From NCBI RefSeq assembly GCF_009914755.1, contig NC_060943.1: a stretch of DNA of 64,000 bases. One strand, written 5' to 3'. The notes under the pieces are model-generated. The model did not search any database and was not told the DNA's origin. It was given only the letters and a program-made list of their open reading frames with translations. This DNA comes from the human T2T-CHM13v2.0 reference genome, Homo sapiens. This document shows positions 12,021-24,798 of this stretch, in pieces (within the stretch, counting starts at the first letter, position 1; each line of letters starts with the position of its first letter). Both the position numbers and the translations under genes were made by a program.

Positions 12021-14218
12021 GCTGGGAATGGGGCTGTGTGCCTGCTCTTTTCCACCACTGGCTGCAGGGGTTGCAGGAATCTTGGGTCCATGGCTGGATG
12101 GGGGTGGGGATTTTCATGTTACCCACTGGAGAAAGGGATACATTTTTATTTTCAAGGACAGCGACCCAGCCCAGGGGAAACGCCCCTGGCCCCTGGGGCT
12201 AAGCGCAGACCCCAGCTCCGTGCTTCGCAGGTGGGGGGCGATGGACAGCGGTGGGGCTCCCGCCCTGAGTGGAGCCTGTGACCTGCCCGGGCCCCAGCGC
12301 CCCGTGACCCCTGCCGCCTGATCCTTGCCTGGCTGAGATGGGGCTTCTGAAGGCTGCCGGCACCAGGGCAGGCAGCGCATTGGGTCCAATTTATTCTGTA
12401 ATGAGAAATTCTCCCCGCATATTTTTAGCTTCCTCCTGGCGTTGCGGCCTTTGAAGGCTGAGGGGCTGCGGGACGCTGATCCCAAGCCCTGTGGCCTGGC
12501 CATGTGGGCAGTGGGTGCTGGGCACGGGCTGGACAAGTCCCTTCCTGAGTCTGGGTAGACCCCAGTCCCAGCAGTGCAGAGCAGGGGGCGGGGCCAGACC
12601 CCATCAAGCCCTGTACTGGCTCCAGACCAGGGACTGAGGGCGACCCTGGATAACCCCTGACCTTGGCGGACACCTGTTCCCAGAGTGAGCCTGATTTCTG
12701 ACCCTTGGCTCCACAGGAAGCTTACTCTAGAGTGACCTCCGGCCGCGGCTGCGTCCCAAAGCCGGGACAGCTCCCAGCCCCAGGAGGGAACAGGGCTTCT
12801 TGGACCCCCACAGTGGCCCCCCTGCCAGGCAGGGGTTTGCCGGGGCAGCCTCGCCCAGGGCCAGGCCTCCGAGACGCCCTGCCCTCCCCTCCCTTCCCCA
12901 GGTCCTTCCTCTAGGAGCGGCCAGCGGGCGCGGGGAGGTTGAATGGGGGACGCACCGCCTTTGTTCCCGTCCCTGCTTGGGCTCTGACCTTGAGAGAGAC
13001 AAGAACAGAAGGAAAACGGAGCTTCTGCTCAAATCCGTTCAGCGGTGGCGGTGGTGGCGGCTCTCGCCTCGGTGGCCCCTGCATGCAAATGAGTGGCCCT
13101 GCCATGCCTGGGTGGAGGTGGTGCCCTTCCAGCTCCCACCTGTGCAGGTCCCAGTCCTGGTTTGAGAAGAGACCCCCTCCTCCCGACCCTGGCCCACCCC
13201 TCCTCACCCACGAGATCCCTTGAAGCAGGAGGGGGCTTCTGGTCCCAGGGTAGAAGGAAGCTTCCAGAACTCCCACCTTTGCCAGGTGGCATGCTGGGGC
13301 CGGGCACGCCAAGACCCCAGGCTCACGGCCCCTTGTCCTGTGCTTGGGTGCAGCCGCCACACTCTGCTCCGAAAGTGCTCACCTCCGGGAGTGGCCGTCC
13401 CCCTCCCTAAAAGAGCCCCCCACCAGACGGAGCCGCCCGGGAAGCTTCTCCAGCCTGTCTGGGCTACAGAGCCTTGTGTGGCTAGAACCCAAGGCCCTCA
13501 CTCCAGGGGTGCTGAGAGAGCCTGTCCAGAGGGCCTGCCTCAGCCACCACCTGGGACAGGTTCACGCCCTCCACTGAAGAGACACCCGGCCAGCCCTGGG
13601 CCTTCGACCTGGGACGTCTGTAGTGGGGTCAGGGGATGAGACCTGGAGCTCAGAACAGACGGGCTGAGCTCCCTGGAGGAGAGAGAACTGAGAACCTTGT
13701 CCTGGCAGGGACGCTAGAGCACTGGGTGGGACAGACCTTTCTGGAAGAGCAAGATTTTAACAGGAAGAAAAAGTGGAAGGACTTCCCAGCAGGACCCAGC
13801 CTGAACAAAGGTCAGGTGGTGTGGCCCGCGTGGCCCGCTGGGGAATCGGGGGAGGAGGGCACGCAGGAGACACAGGACAGAGCCCACCACGTCTCAGAGC
13901 TGTGGGACGGTGGTGGGTCCGGTCCCCACCCCACCTTGCTGGGGCACAGGTTAGCTTGCCCATCTCTGGGTTCACGGTCCCTGCCAGGAGTTTGGGTAAT
14001 GCCTCACACAGGGACCTTCGGGTCCAAGGGCTGTTGGTGCTTGCCCTGCAGTTCCCTCTCCTGCACTGGGCCTGGTGAATGACACTAATTCAGAGACGTA
14101 CAACACGATCTGGGCATCGCCAGCAAAGTCCAGCCAGCGTTTGATGACAGCCTACCCTCCACAAGCTCAGAGTCTGGTGAGGGAGGCTGTGGCATGAATA
14201 AGGGCAAAAACAGAGGGC

Positions 14219-14350
14219 AGGCCAGGTGCAGTGGCTCACGCCTGTAATCCTAGCACTTTGGGAAGCCCAGGTGGGAAGATCGCCTGAGCCCAGGAGTTCA
14301 AGACCAGCGTGGCCAACATGGCCAGACACTGTCTCTATAGATTGGAAAAA
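14219..14350 (+). mobile_element. Alu monomer (FLAM)
   Basis: ggccaggtgcagtggctcacgcctgtaatcc...; single arm only. Confidence 0.88.
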
Positions 14351-14779
14351 AGACAAAGCAGAGGCCAGGCCCCCAGTTCCCCACCTGTGTCAGCCTACCA
14401 GGAGGAGAAATCACTCGGCGTTCCCTGAACAGATCAGACCCCGGGTCTTTGCACAAGCTGTGCCCCCGGGCAGCGGCCCTCCCCTGCCTGCAGGATTCGT
14501 GCGTGGAGACTGATTTGCTGTCGGCCGGGGCTTCACTCTGGGCTTCTTGGATCCCATCCCCAGCTGCTCACACTCCACATCGGTCCACCTACTATGCTCC
14601 CGGCACCCTTAGGGCTGAGGTGTAGGGACTTACTCCATCCCCAGGGAACAGCGTGGGTCCGGAGAGGCGACTCCCAGGAGGGCCCCAGGGAGGTCGCAGC
14701 CCGAGCAGCTTTGGACTTTGGCCAGCGCCCCTCTGAAACTCTGCCCCGGCCCCCGCAGGGAGACTGGAGTTGGCCGAGC

Positions 14780-15900
14780 CCGATTTGGGACGCGTGCGTC
14801 GGGGTTGGTGAGGCTGCGGATAGCGCTGGAACCGGGCAGGTGAGAGGCCCGGGACCCAGGGCCGGGCCGGGTGGAGCGCGTGGGGGCGCGGGAGGCAGGG
14901 TGCGCCCCCGCCCCTCGGAGACCCCAGGCCGGGCCACGCGGATGCCGGCGGGGGGCGCGCAGAATCGGGGTCGCTGGGGGCAGGCCCCGGGGGACGAGCC
15001 TGAGACGGGGTGGGCCGGGGCAGGGGGCGGGCGCAGGCTGGAGACCCCCGCCCAGTCCCCGCGCGGCCGGGGCACGGCGGGAGGGGGCGCCCGCGGCCCT
15101 CCCGACGCTCGGGCGGGACAAAGGCCGGAGCCCGGGCCCCTCCCCGGCGGGTGCGGCGGCGGCGGCCCGCGCTCCGACAGTCCGCGCGGCCGGGTCCTGC
15201 GCCCGGGGCGACCCCGGCGCCCCGCCCCGCCGCCGCCTGACTTCTCGGCGCCCGAGGTCGCGCGCGCGGAGGCGGGGGCGGCCCGGGATCTCCAAGCGCC
15301 GCCGCGCCCTCCTCCCGCCCGCCCTCCGCCCGCCCGCTCGGCGGCGGCGGCGGCGGCGGAGGAGGCGGAGAAGGCTGGCAGGCGGCGGCCGGGAGAGCGA
15401 GCGCGGCGGCCGGACCGGGGCCATGGCGCCCGCGCAGCGCCCGCTGCTCCCGCTGCTGCTCCTGCTGTTACCGCTGCCGCCGCCGCCCTTCGCGCGCGCC
15501 GAGGACGCCGCCCGCGCCAACTCGGACCGCTACGCCGTCTACTGGAACCGCAGCAACCCCAGGTGAGCGCGGCCGCGCGCGGGGGGCGCCCGGGGACCCC
15601 CCAACGCCCCCCAAGCCGCGCCCGGCCTCGCGCCCCCGGAGCTCCGGGCGCCCCCCACGCGCGCGCCGCCGCCGGGATGCGGGCGCCCGGTTCCCGCGGG
15701 AGCCCCCCAGGGAGCTCCGGCCCCCCGGAGTTTGGGGGACTCGCCCTTTTCGCGCCTGCCTTCCCCGGGGCGCCCCATTGCCCTACGGACTGTGGGGACT
15801 CGCGCCCCACATCCCCCAGAGCGCCGACGTCTCCTGGAGTTTGGGGAACCCCTCTGGTACCCTCCGATGCCGGGTAGCCCCTGAGTTGCCTGCCTGGACT
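14780..15900. promoter_or_regulatory. CpG island / EFNA2 promoter and 5' UTR
   Basis: Extremely CpG-dense, multiple GC boxes, (CGG)7 at 15339-15359. Confidence 0.93.
15423..15562 (+). CDS. EFNA2: EFNA2 exon 1 (signal peptide and start of ephrin domain)
   Basis: gccATGG; MAPAQRPLLPLLLLLLPLPPPPFARAEDAARANSDRYAVYWNRSNPR; donor AG|gtgagc. Confidence 0.98.
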
Positions 15901-18192
15901 TGGGGGGACCCCTGATCCACCCGCTTCTCTGGGGAGCCCCCTCGGTTTCGCATTTGGTGGGGATCCCCGGGGACCTTGGCACCGGAGGTGGGGGACTGTG
16001 GCCCTCGAGGGATCTCTGGGTTCGTCCTGCCCGCAGGTCCCCAGATGAACTTGGGGAAGTTGGAGTGTCCCTCCCTCAGGACCCAGCATCTGCTTCACTC
16101 CAGGGGGCCAAGGGCCCAGCTTTGAAAGGAGACTGAGGGGCCGGGGAGCTGGGGGTCAGCCCCGGGAGGGGCAGTGGGATGGAGTCCTCTCTTGTCCTCT
16201 GGGCGCTGACCAGGAAACTGAGGTGCAGAGGGGATGAGGAGCTGGCTCAAGGTCATGCAAGGGGGGGACTTGGGGGCAGGACCCAGGTGGCCCAGTGCCC
16301 TGCCTGCCACGCCCGGCCGAGATGCCGCACCCGCCTGCTGCAGGCCCCCTTGTTTTGAACCAGGTCCGGGCCAGGCACAACGTGGGGGACAGGAGAAGCC
16401 CCCGTTGGTCAGAGCAAAAAAAGTTTGCCGGGGCCTGGCCATGGCCTGGACGTGGGTAGAACCCTCTGAACCATCCCAGGGTCTCCAAGACAGGAGCAGG
16501 CTGCAGCTTCCCTGGGGGTCCCGTGGGAGCCGGGGCTTTGGGGGTCCTGGGGCTCGGGAGGGAGTCAGCCCCAGCACTCAGGGTGTCACCGTCTTCCTAA
16601 GGCACACGGAGCTGCACATCGGGGGCTGAGGCGGCCCCCCCCCACTCTTCTGCTACTGGTCACTTTCTCTCCGTTTTCCAGCCGCTTCCTGTGCCGACCG
16701 AGCCGCCCTCTGGAGCCCGCCACCCCTCCTTGTCCCCTCTGTCTCCTGCTGTCCTCGGTCCCCGGGAGGAAAGTTGCATGAAGGGGTCTCTTTGAGGCGG
16801 GCTCGGGGACAAGGGCGGCCCGTGTTCCGCCGTGGGGGTGGGGAACACGCACAGGCCCACCCCCCACCCTGGTCAACGGCCTCGGGTCGGGCCCTGGGGG
16901 CTGAGGGCAGGGACCCCGGGCCGCTGGGGGACGGCTGGCCCACCTCAGAGCGGGTCCCCGAGCCGCCCGCTGTGCTGGTCACATGTGGGTTTGATTAAGG
17001 CTGTCGCTGGCCGTGCGGGGAGTCCAGCGGGCAGCGCTTCCCCGGCCCAAGTTTTTGGTTTCAGCTGCGGAATCTCCCGTCCCCAGCGTGGCCTGTCCTT
17101 TGTTCTAGCAAACGCCAAACACACGAGGACCCGGCAACCGGGGGAGGAAGGTGGTCACCAGGGCCGTCCTGCTGCCCCACCTGCCACAGGGCTGTGGGCT
17201 GCGGGCCGGACCCCCGGCCAGGGGAAGGAAGTGGCCTCCCCAGTGCCTGGCTTGGCCCAGCCACCTCCTGTTGCTCCGGGTCTGACCTGGTTGCCCAGCT
17301 CAAACCGCTGCCTGAGGGAACGGCCTTGCTGGTCCGCAGAGCCGACCTGGGCAGCACCGAGGCTGCCTCCTCCTTCCTCTCCTGCCTGCGGTATCCAGGG
17401 TTGCTGGGGACGGAGCCGACACCCTGCAGTGGGGCCCAGGGCTGGGTGAGCACCTTCCCGGGAAGCCGGGATCCAGCCAGAATCAGGGCTTTGTCGCGGA
17501 CATCAGGGGTCTCTGCAGTTCTCAGATTTGGTGTCCAGGGGCACCTGCCCGGGACCTGTGCCTGAGTGGCGGGGGTGTCAGGCACAGCAGGGGGTGGTGC
17601 TGGGCCTCCGTATCCAAGGGGACCCTGTGGAGGGGACATCGGCTTGGGGAGAGGAGTGGCGTCAGCCGGCAGGCCTAAGGTGTGAGGCTGGGCTGGCCGG
17701 GGAGGGATGATGGGGTCGGGCAGGTGTGTGGGGGATGCGGGGACCCCAAGTCTTTGAGAGGGGCATACAGAAAGGCACTGGAGACGGGGACAGCCGCGAT
17801 GGGGGGCAGACAGCAGCGTGGGCACCAGGGGACCGTGTGCTCGATGGGGCCTGCAGGCCCGGGCAGTGCCGCAGCGTCGCCGGCCGCCCCTTCCGCCCAT
17901 TGGCCTGGCACCTGTGCCCAGGCGATGACTGTGTGGTCTGTCTCCACATCACACCCTCTCTGCTGTGAGAGGCGATGCCTGCACCCAGGGGACCCCGCAC
18001 CCACCTCCTTGGGCCGCTATAAGGTGGGGCCCCGTTGGGTGGTCTGGCTGGCCGGCCCCGCCACTCCCACCGGTGACTGCACAGCGTCCGTCCAACCCAC
18101 TCCCCAACCTGGGCTGGGTACCCCTGAGCTGGCCGCCAGGAGTCTCTGGGCCTGTTCCCAGCCGACCCGCATCGGGCTGGGGCGTCCAGGGC

Positions 18193-18256
18193 TTGGACCT
18201 GGCCGGCTGCCCTCACCTGTCCTGTTGGACCTGGCCGGCTGCCCTCACCTGTCCTG
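18193..18256. repeat. Perfect 32-bp tandem duplication
   Basis: ttggacctggccggctgccctcacctgtcctg x2. Confidence 0.92.
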
Positions 18257-18289
18257 GCCACAACACCGCGTGTGCATTCCCACGGCTGC

Positions 18290-18640
18290 TCATGTGTGTT
18301 TGCGTGCAGCGGTGGGGAAGGGTGGCGTGCAGGTGTGCCTGGAGTCGCATCCGGCTGCAGGTTACATGTGTCTGTGTGTGGCAGGAGGCTGCGTGAATCC
18401 ACAGGGCACAGCTCTGGCGTGTTTGCACATGTGTCTGCGTGATTGCATATGAGGTGCATGTGTGTGCATGAGTGTGTCTGTGCGTGGCACCCGCGTTTGC
18501 ATGTGCGTGCCCTTGCACGGGATGTCTGCAGTGTCCGAGGTCCCTGTGCGTGTCTGCCTGTGGCATGCATGCGTTTTGTCTGTGCGTGGAGTGCAGGTGT
18601 GTGTGCGTGTCTGCGTGTGGGGTGCATGTAAGTGTGTCTC
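18290..18640. repeat. Degenerate (TG)n/(TGCA)n purine-pyrimidine alternating tract
   Basis: gtgtgcatgtgtgtgcgt-type low complexity. Confidence 0.8.
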
Positions 18641-21600
18641 CCTGGGGGCAGTGCTGGCTGGCTGAGGGCCTGCAATGTGGGGGCAGTGGTGGCCCCAGCA
18701 CGGTCCACAATGGCAACCCCGCTGTTGGCCCTCCCTCTCCTCCTCCCCTGGGGACGGGACCAGGGCCCGTGTGCAGACGGCCATCAAGCCTCAGAGCAGG
18801 GTGGACGCAGGGGCCTGTGGTCCCCGGGAGTCCCCACCTTCTGATTGGAAATCTGCAGCCTTGGGGGCACTGGGTGGGCGCTTGCCCACACTGGGCATCT
18901 CTGGGCTTCGGCCACCCTCCCGGGGTTCCCCACGGACCCAGTGGCCCTCGGGTGTGGGCAGCAGCCGGGTTCCCCTCAAACACTGGATGGAAAATGGTGA
19001 CCTATGCAAGGGCTCACTCCCCGAGGGAGGAGCCGTCCCCCAGCAGAGGGCAGAGGTGAACGGGGTGTCTCGCTCCCCGTGGCTCCGCTGGCGTCCCTCG
19101 GCCTCTCGGGGAGCCGGCTTTGAAGGGGGTGATGCCGTGTTCTGCTGCATAAGGGTTTTTTGTTTTGTTTGAGAGAAGCTGGTCCACTCGGCATTGGGGG
19201 CGCTAGGAGAGCCGGGCGGTGGGCCTGGGGGATTCGGGGCCTGAGGGTGGGGTCCTGGAGGCCGTGGGGTACCTGGACTCAGACTCGGGAGTCTGGGAGA
19301 CCTGGGCATGACGTCAGGCAGGTGGCTTAGCAGCCTGGAACCCCCAGGCCTGCTCTGCGAAGTGGGGGTGACGGAGCCCTGCGGTGGGTGCGGCTCGGCC
19401 GATAGGGCCTGGTGTGGATGGGCAAAGGCCTGAGGGTGGTCCCAGGGGTTAGTGTCCCCTCCCCAGAAGGGAAACCGAGGCAGCTCCTGTGGTGGGGAGG
19501 ATGCTTCTGCCGAGGCACCATGGTCTCTGTGTCTCACGGTCTCTTTGGGTCTCTGTCTTCCCCATCTCTGGGCATCCTGGGGTGCCATGGGTGGCCCAGG
19601 CCTTCCGCCTCCACTGCAGGCCTCCCTGGGCGGCCTCAGTTTGCAGAGAAGGGAACAGAGGTTCCGTGGCGGGGGGCCGTGAACGCAGTGGGATTTGACC
19701 TTCCCCCGTCTCTGGGCTGACGTCTCCGCAGGTCTGCAGGGGACTGGCCCTACGTGGGTCCCTCGGGGTCACGGCGGAGGCAGTGGGTTGTGCATTCATG
19801 GGGGTCCGGGTGGTAGCGTTTCTGTGGAGCCGGTGGTCTCCTTGTCATCCATGAGGGTCCTGCCCCGGTGGCCGTGTGTTCCCCGGGACACGGCTTCTCT
19901 CCTCCCCAGGAACCGGGATGCAGCCAGGCCTTGCCCCTCAGTCCTGTGTGTGGGACCAGCCTCTCCTGCAGATGGGTCCTCAGGGAGAGCTGGGCTTTGT
20001 ACCTTGCTGGGGGAAGGGCTGAGCTGCTCCCGTCCCTGTGCCCACCGTCCCGTCGCCCCAGACACGCGGCTGGAGCCTGCGGAGGAGCAGACGAGCCGGC
20101 GGGGTTTTTGCTTTAACCTCAAGCAGGCGTTTGAACTCTGTGGCCGAGTCGGTCCTGGTGGGGGGCTCGTGCCACACCTGCTCCCAGACCAGGCTGGTGT
20201 GGGGTCTGGCCGAGAGACTCAGCGGCGTGTCCCCCCAGCTCTGTGCGCCCCTTGTCCACCTGCCCTGTGGGTCAGGGGCCCCCAATTCAGGGACAGAGCA
20301 GCCGAGGCCCTGAAAGACGGTGACTCACCCAAGGCCACCCGGAAGTTGGGCAGAGTCCAGGGTGTCCCACCTGGGGCCGGCCCGGGGGAAGCCAGGGACA
20401 GCCCTGGGAGGGGCAGGAAGGTGGGTGGCCGACGGCAGCTGCACTCTGTACCAGGGCCACCCACGCCCACGGTGACGGAAGCCCAGGTGGGGCTGACCCT
20501 GCCCGGCCCATCTTTTTCCTATTTTGCTTCATTTCTAGGGCCCTGCCTCAGTTTACCCTCCTGCACCACAAGGCCATACTTGTCCTTTCTTGGGCAGACC
20601 TTGCACCATCCCGGGGACTGATTTCCCTTCAGGTCCCACCCAGGTCCTGAGCAGGAGGAAAAGCTCCAGTCCTCAGTCAGGGGGGACATCTCTTCCGTCC
20701 CTGGAAAAGCCAGGTGTGGGTGCTGTCACCCCAGCAGGTCTTGCTGGGGGTGGCAGGAGGGGACGGGCGGCCTCAGCCCCACGCTGGGCTTCAGGACCCG
20801 GGCTGCCTGCTCATCCGGCCAGCCTGGGCCTCCCCGGGAGCTTCTCCACCCTGGAAGAGAGATGCAGACGGGTGCAGGCGTCCACCTGCCCACCCACGGG
20901 GTCCTGGCTGCCGGCCACACCACTGCCTCAGTTTCCAGTCCTGGAAGGCAGCCCAGCCCACCCCCACCCCAGTTTTGGGTGAGATTCCTAATTAGTCGCT
21001 TAGCTATTAGCGTCTAATAACTTGACAATTGCCCGATTGGAGCTAATTAGCTCCAGGCCGCTTGCTGGAAGCTGGTGACAGCCAGGAGGCCCGGGTGGGC
21101 AGGAGGGGAGCCCTGCTGGGTGAGCCTCTGCCTGGGGCCTGGAGGGCTGCCTGGAGGCGTGGACTTTGGCACCCGCAGGTTGAGTGAGTGTGGGGGGAAG
21201 GTGTGGCCCGGCAGAGGGAACCCGGAGGAGTAAAAACTGCCACCGCTGCTCTGTCTGGGAAAAATCCCAAATCAGTCATTAACCCCTTAGTGAGAATTTC
21301 AGTCTCTCTGCCGCTCCGGGGAGGATTTGCATATCGAGGCTTCATCACTAATGGAGGAAGCGAAGGCTTTGTCTGCCTCTCCCCAGGTGCGGTTTTGGGG
21401 TGGGGGCCCCCTCCCCCCTGCAGGCGCCACCCTCAACAGGGGCAACGCGCCCACCTCGGGCTTGCCCGCCAACTTGGAACCGGGAATGCCAACACAGCAA
21501 GGCCGCTGCTATTTTAGAGACGCAAAGGGAAAAATACGGCCCCACTCCGGCAGGCAGAGCCGGGGGTGGGGGTTCCCCTGGGACCTGCCCTCCAACACAC

Positions 21601-24465
21601 ACACCTGTGGGCTGCTCCCCACAACTCTGGCATTGCAAAGTCCTCGCCTCTTGACCTTTTTAATTCACTCATTATTGAGCACCACTGTATGCAGGGCCTG
21701 TGTAGGGCCCTGGGGAGGGGACAGAGGAGGCCAACATCAGGATCCGGGATTCAGACAGCAAACCCTGTAAAGAGCAGATGTGATATGGGGCGGGGCACAG
21801 GGAACAGCACTGCAGGCAGTGGGAACAGCAGCTGCAGAGGCCCTTGGTGGGAACAGGGACAGCCGGGAGGCTGGTGTGGCTGGAAGGGAGGAGTCTTGGA
21901 GAGAGGAGGATGAGGAGGGCGCAGTGGATGGGCCACACAGGCCTGGAGGGGTGTGGATTTTATTCTGAGGATCAGGAATGGATGGAGGGCTCTGAGCCGC
22001 CGCCAACGTGTTACAGGGTCTGTTTTGCAGAAGAGCGAGGCTTGGGATATGGGGAGGCTGGGCCCCGGCAGACCCTCACCGCAGCCTGGAGGGGCCCGGG
22101 CACCTGGCCGCTCAGCCACACAGAAGCCTCGGTCTCTGACATTTTACCGAAGGCAGAACAGGAGGAGAGAACACAGTGGTGTCAGACGTGGGGGAAGGAG
22201 GCACCATTGGGGAACCAAGAGGCCAGAGGGGGACCTACAGGGCTGGTGCTGTGGGCACTTTCAGAGGCTGCTCTGTCTCAAGAAGTGTCCTGCTAGGAGC
22301 CAGGTTCTTTTTTTGGGTTGAATGTGGCTCCCTGGGGATCACTGCCGGGACAGGAGGGGAAACTGAGGCCAGAGGGCAGTGGGGAGCCCAGACGCCCCTG
22401 TGGTCCCTCCACGGAGGCCTCCCCTGCAGGGTGACCTGGGTGTGGGCAGTCCCAGGCGGGAGCTGGGCCTTGGCTACCATCGACCGCCTGATCAATGGGC
22501 TTTCACTTGGGCTGGGCAGGAACGAAAATGACTTTTCAAAAAGGCTGGAGCAGCTTCTGCATCGATCGTGCCCAAGGGGCCAGCGGGTCAATGAGATGCC
22601 TGTGCCCGGCCGGCCAATGGGGCAGCCTGAGGGGTGGGCTGAGGCCGAGCCCATCTCCATCTGAGCCTGTATGGGGGCTGCCCCCGTGTCTGTGCGGACG
22701 CACCCCGAGTGTCCAACAGCCGGGAGGACCATCCCCTTGCACGGAGGGGAAAGGGAGCCTCTGAGAGGAGGCCGGACCTCGAGACCCAAGGGTTCAAATC
22801 CAGACGCAAGCCCAGAACTGCAAGATTCCGAAGCCCCGGAAGGGCCCCTGCCCTCCAGGCCTGGTGCCCGGGGGAGATTTCCCTGCAACACGCCCTCCCA
22901 TGTCCCCTGTGCTGGGCTCACAGGGGTGATGAAGGAGGCCTGGGAAGCTCTCTGTCCCTGGACGAATCCAACCAGGTAGGGAAGGGCTGGAGGGTGACTT
23001 CACCGCCTCCGCCGCCCTGCCTTGAAATTCTTTGCTCTGGAGATCTTCATGCCGGATCCCTAGTGGGGAAACTGAGGCGCAAGTGAGCACACCTGTCTGC
23101 CCCTTCTCACCCCTGGAGACCCAGGAACCCCCGGCCCCGCCTGGCGTGGCATCTCAGGGTGGCGGGGGGCCGGGCTGATGCCATCTGATAATCCCACCAC
23201 CCTCTCTCTCGAGCTGCTGTGCCAATTAGTGCCCCCAGTGTGGGGCCTGCGGCGGGCTCACCCCTGCAGGCCGGGGTGGCGGTGGCTGTGCCGGGCTAGA
23301 GGCAGTGCCAGGGCCGGGATCGTAGCAGCCTGCACCCATGTGCTGCCAACACTGGTGGGGCCTCAGTTTCCCCTGCCTGTGCATGGAGGGAGGAGGCAGG
23401 AGCGGTGTGGGGGACCCCCCATTCCTCCCTGTTCAGGTCTTTTATGTGCTAATAAGCCCCTCTCAGGGCCCCCCTCGTGCCCCGCTTGGTCCAGGCCGCC
23501 GGTTACATGACAGGGGCCCTGGGGACCACAGCCGGGAGATCTAAGGGCTCCTGCCGCCATCGCCCGAGGCAGTGAGGGAAGGGGAGCCGCCGGTCCCTTC
23601 CTCGGCTGATCTCTATCCTCACAGACGAGGCTGGGTCAGGGGGCTCCCTGGAGGAAGGGGCCTGTGGGTTGCGTCTGGGGGACCTCAGGGCAAAGGCCTG
23701 GAGGCAGGGCTGGGGGCTGAGGTGTCAGGAGTGCAGGCACCCAAGAGGGAGACCAGGAGGCCGCCGGATTCCGGGGCTCGGGGCTCGGGAGGTTTCTGGG
23801 TTCCAGATGTGAGAGGGTGGTATGGGGCTCGCAGGGTCACACAGGAAGGCAGGGGTGGGGCTGGGAGTGGAGCCCAGGATGTCTCCGAGCTGGGCGGCAG
23901 GTGGAACTCGGCAGGCTGAGAGAGAGGGGGCGGTGGGCGGAACTCTGGGGGTGCTGAGAGGAGGGTGGAGGGATTCTTCACGCCAAGCTCCGTTCTCTTT
24001 GGGGAAACTGAGGCCAGGGTGGGGGCAGAGCTTGCCCCAGAGCGAGCTGGAATGCCCGACCTGTGTCCCCCACGCTGCCCCGGTCCTTCTCAACAGGTGG
24101 GAGTGCAGAATGAAAGCAGGGCTGGGGGCTGCCTGGAGGAGGCGGCACAGATGTTAAGCATGTTAGGTAGATGCGAAGTTTCTGGAGAGGGAATTCTTGT
24201 GGAGGGACAGCTCGTGCAGAGGCCCGGAGTCAGGAACCCCCCGCCGGCCCTTTGCACACAGGGGTCCAGATGTCACCCACCTGGACACCCACCTCGCTGC
24301 TGGCCCTGCCGTGGGGCTGTTGGGGACACTGAGGCAGGAGGTGGGGGGCAGTGCCAGGCAAGAGATCGTGGGCTCCCAACCTTGGAAGCCCGCCGTGATT
24401 GGGGTGTGCAACCCCACCTGCTGACCGCTATCACCATTCAGGGCCCAGGCGGAGTCCACCTTGTG

Positions 24466-24790
24466 AACTGACCCCTCCCCCATTCCCCGGCCTGACTTCC
24501 CCGTGCACCTGTCCCCTGACCCGTCCCTCCCCGCTCACCCTGTCCCGTGCCCTGTGCACCTGTCCCCGGAGCCATCTCTCCCCGCGCACACTGACCCGTG
24601 CCCCATGCACCTGTCCCCTGACCCTGTCCCCCCTGGCGCACCCTGACCCGTCCCCCGTGCTCCTGACCCCGGCCCTCGCCGCGCACCCCGACCCGTCCCT
24701 CGTGCTCCTGTCCCCTGACCCTGGCCCTCCCCGCGCACCCCGACCCGTGCCCCGTTCCTCGCTCCGGGCGCTGACCTCTGGCCGCCTTGT
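24466..24790. repeat. C-rich degenerate repeat (ctgacccgtcccc/gtgcacctgtcccc) before EFNA2 exon 2
   Basis: Recurring CTGACC and GCACC units. Confidence 0.85.
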
Positions 24791-24798
24791 CCCCGCAG

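Noticed and set aside
10616-12126. 491-aa and 408-aa Pro/Ser-rich ORFs (extensin-like)
   Set aside because: Translation of a pyrimidine-only repeat strand that cannot form stop codons; no splice or promoter support.
12236-14830. REST/NRSE sites (GGACAGCG at ~12243, GGATAGCG at ~14818)
   Set aside because: Only right half-sites; no TCAGCACC left half at the proper spacing.
14533-16098. 521-, 427- and 296-aa ORFs over the EFNA2 promoter
   Set aside because: Stop-poor CpG-island sequence giving Ala/Arg/Gly/Pro low complexity; only 15423-15562 is ephrin coding.
17662-20621. 348-, 308- and 265-aa ORFs in EFNA2 intron 1
   Set aside because: No recognisable domain, and overlapping ORFs in several frames are typical of very GC-rich DNA.
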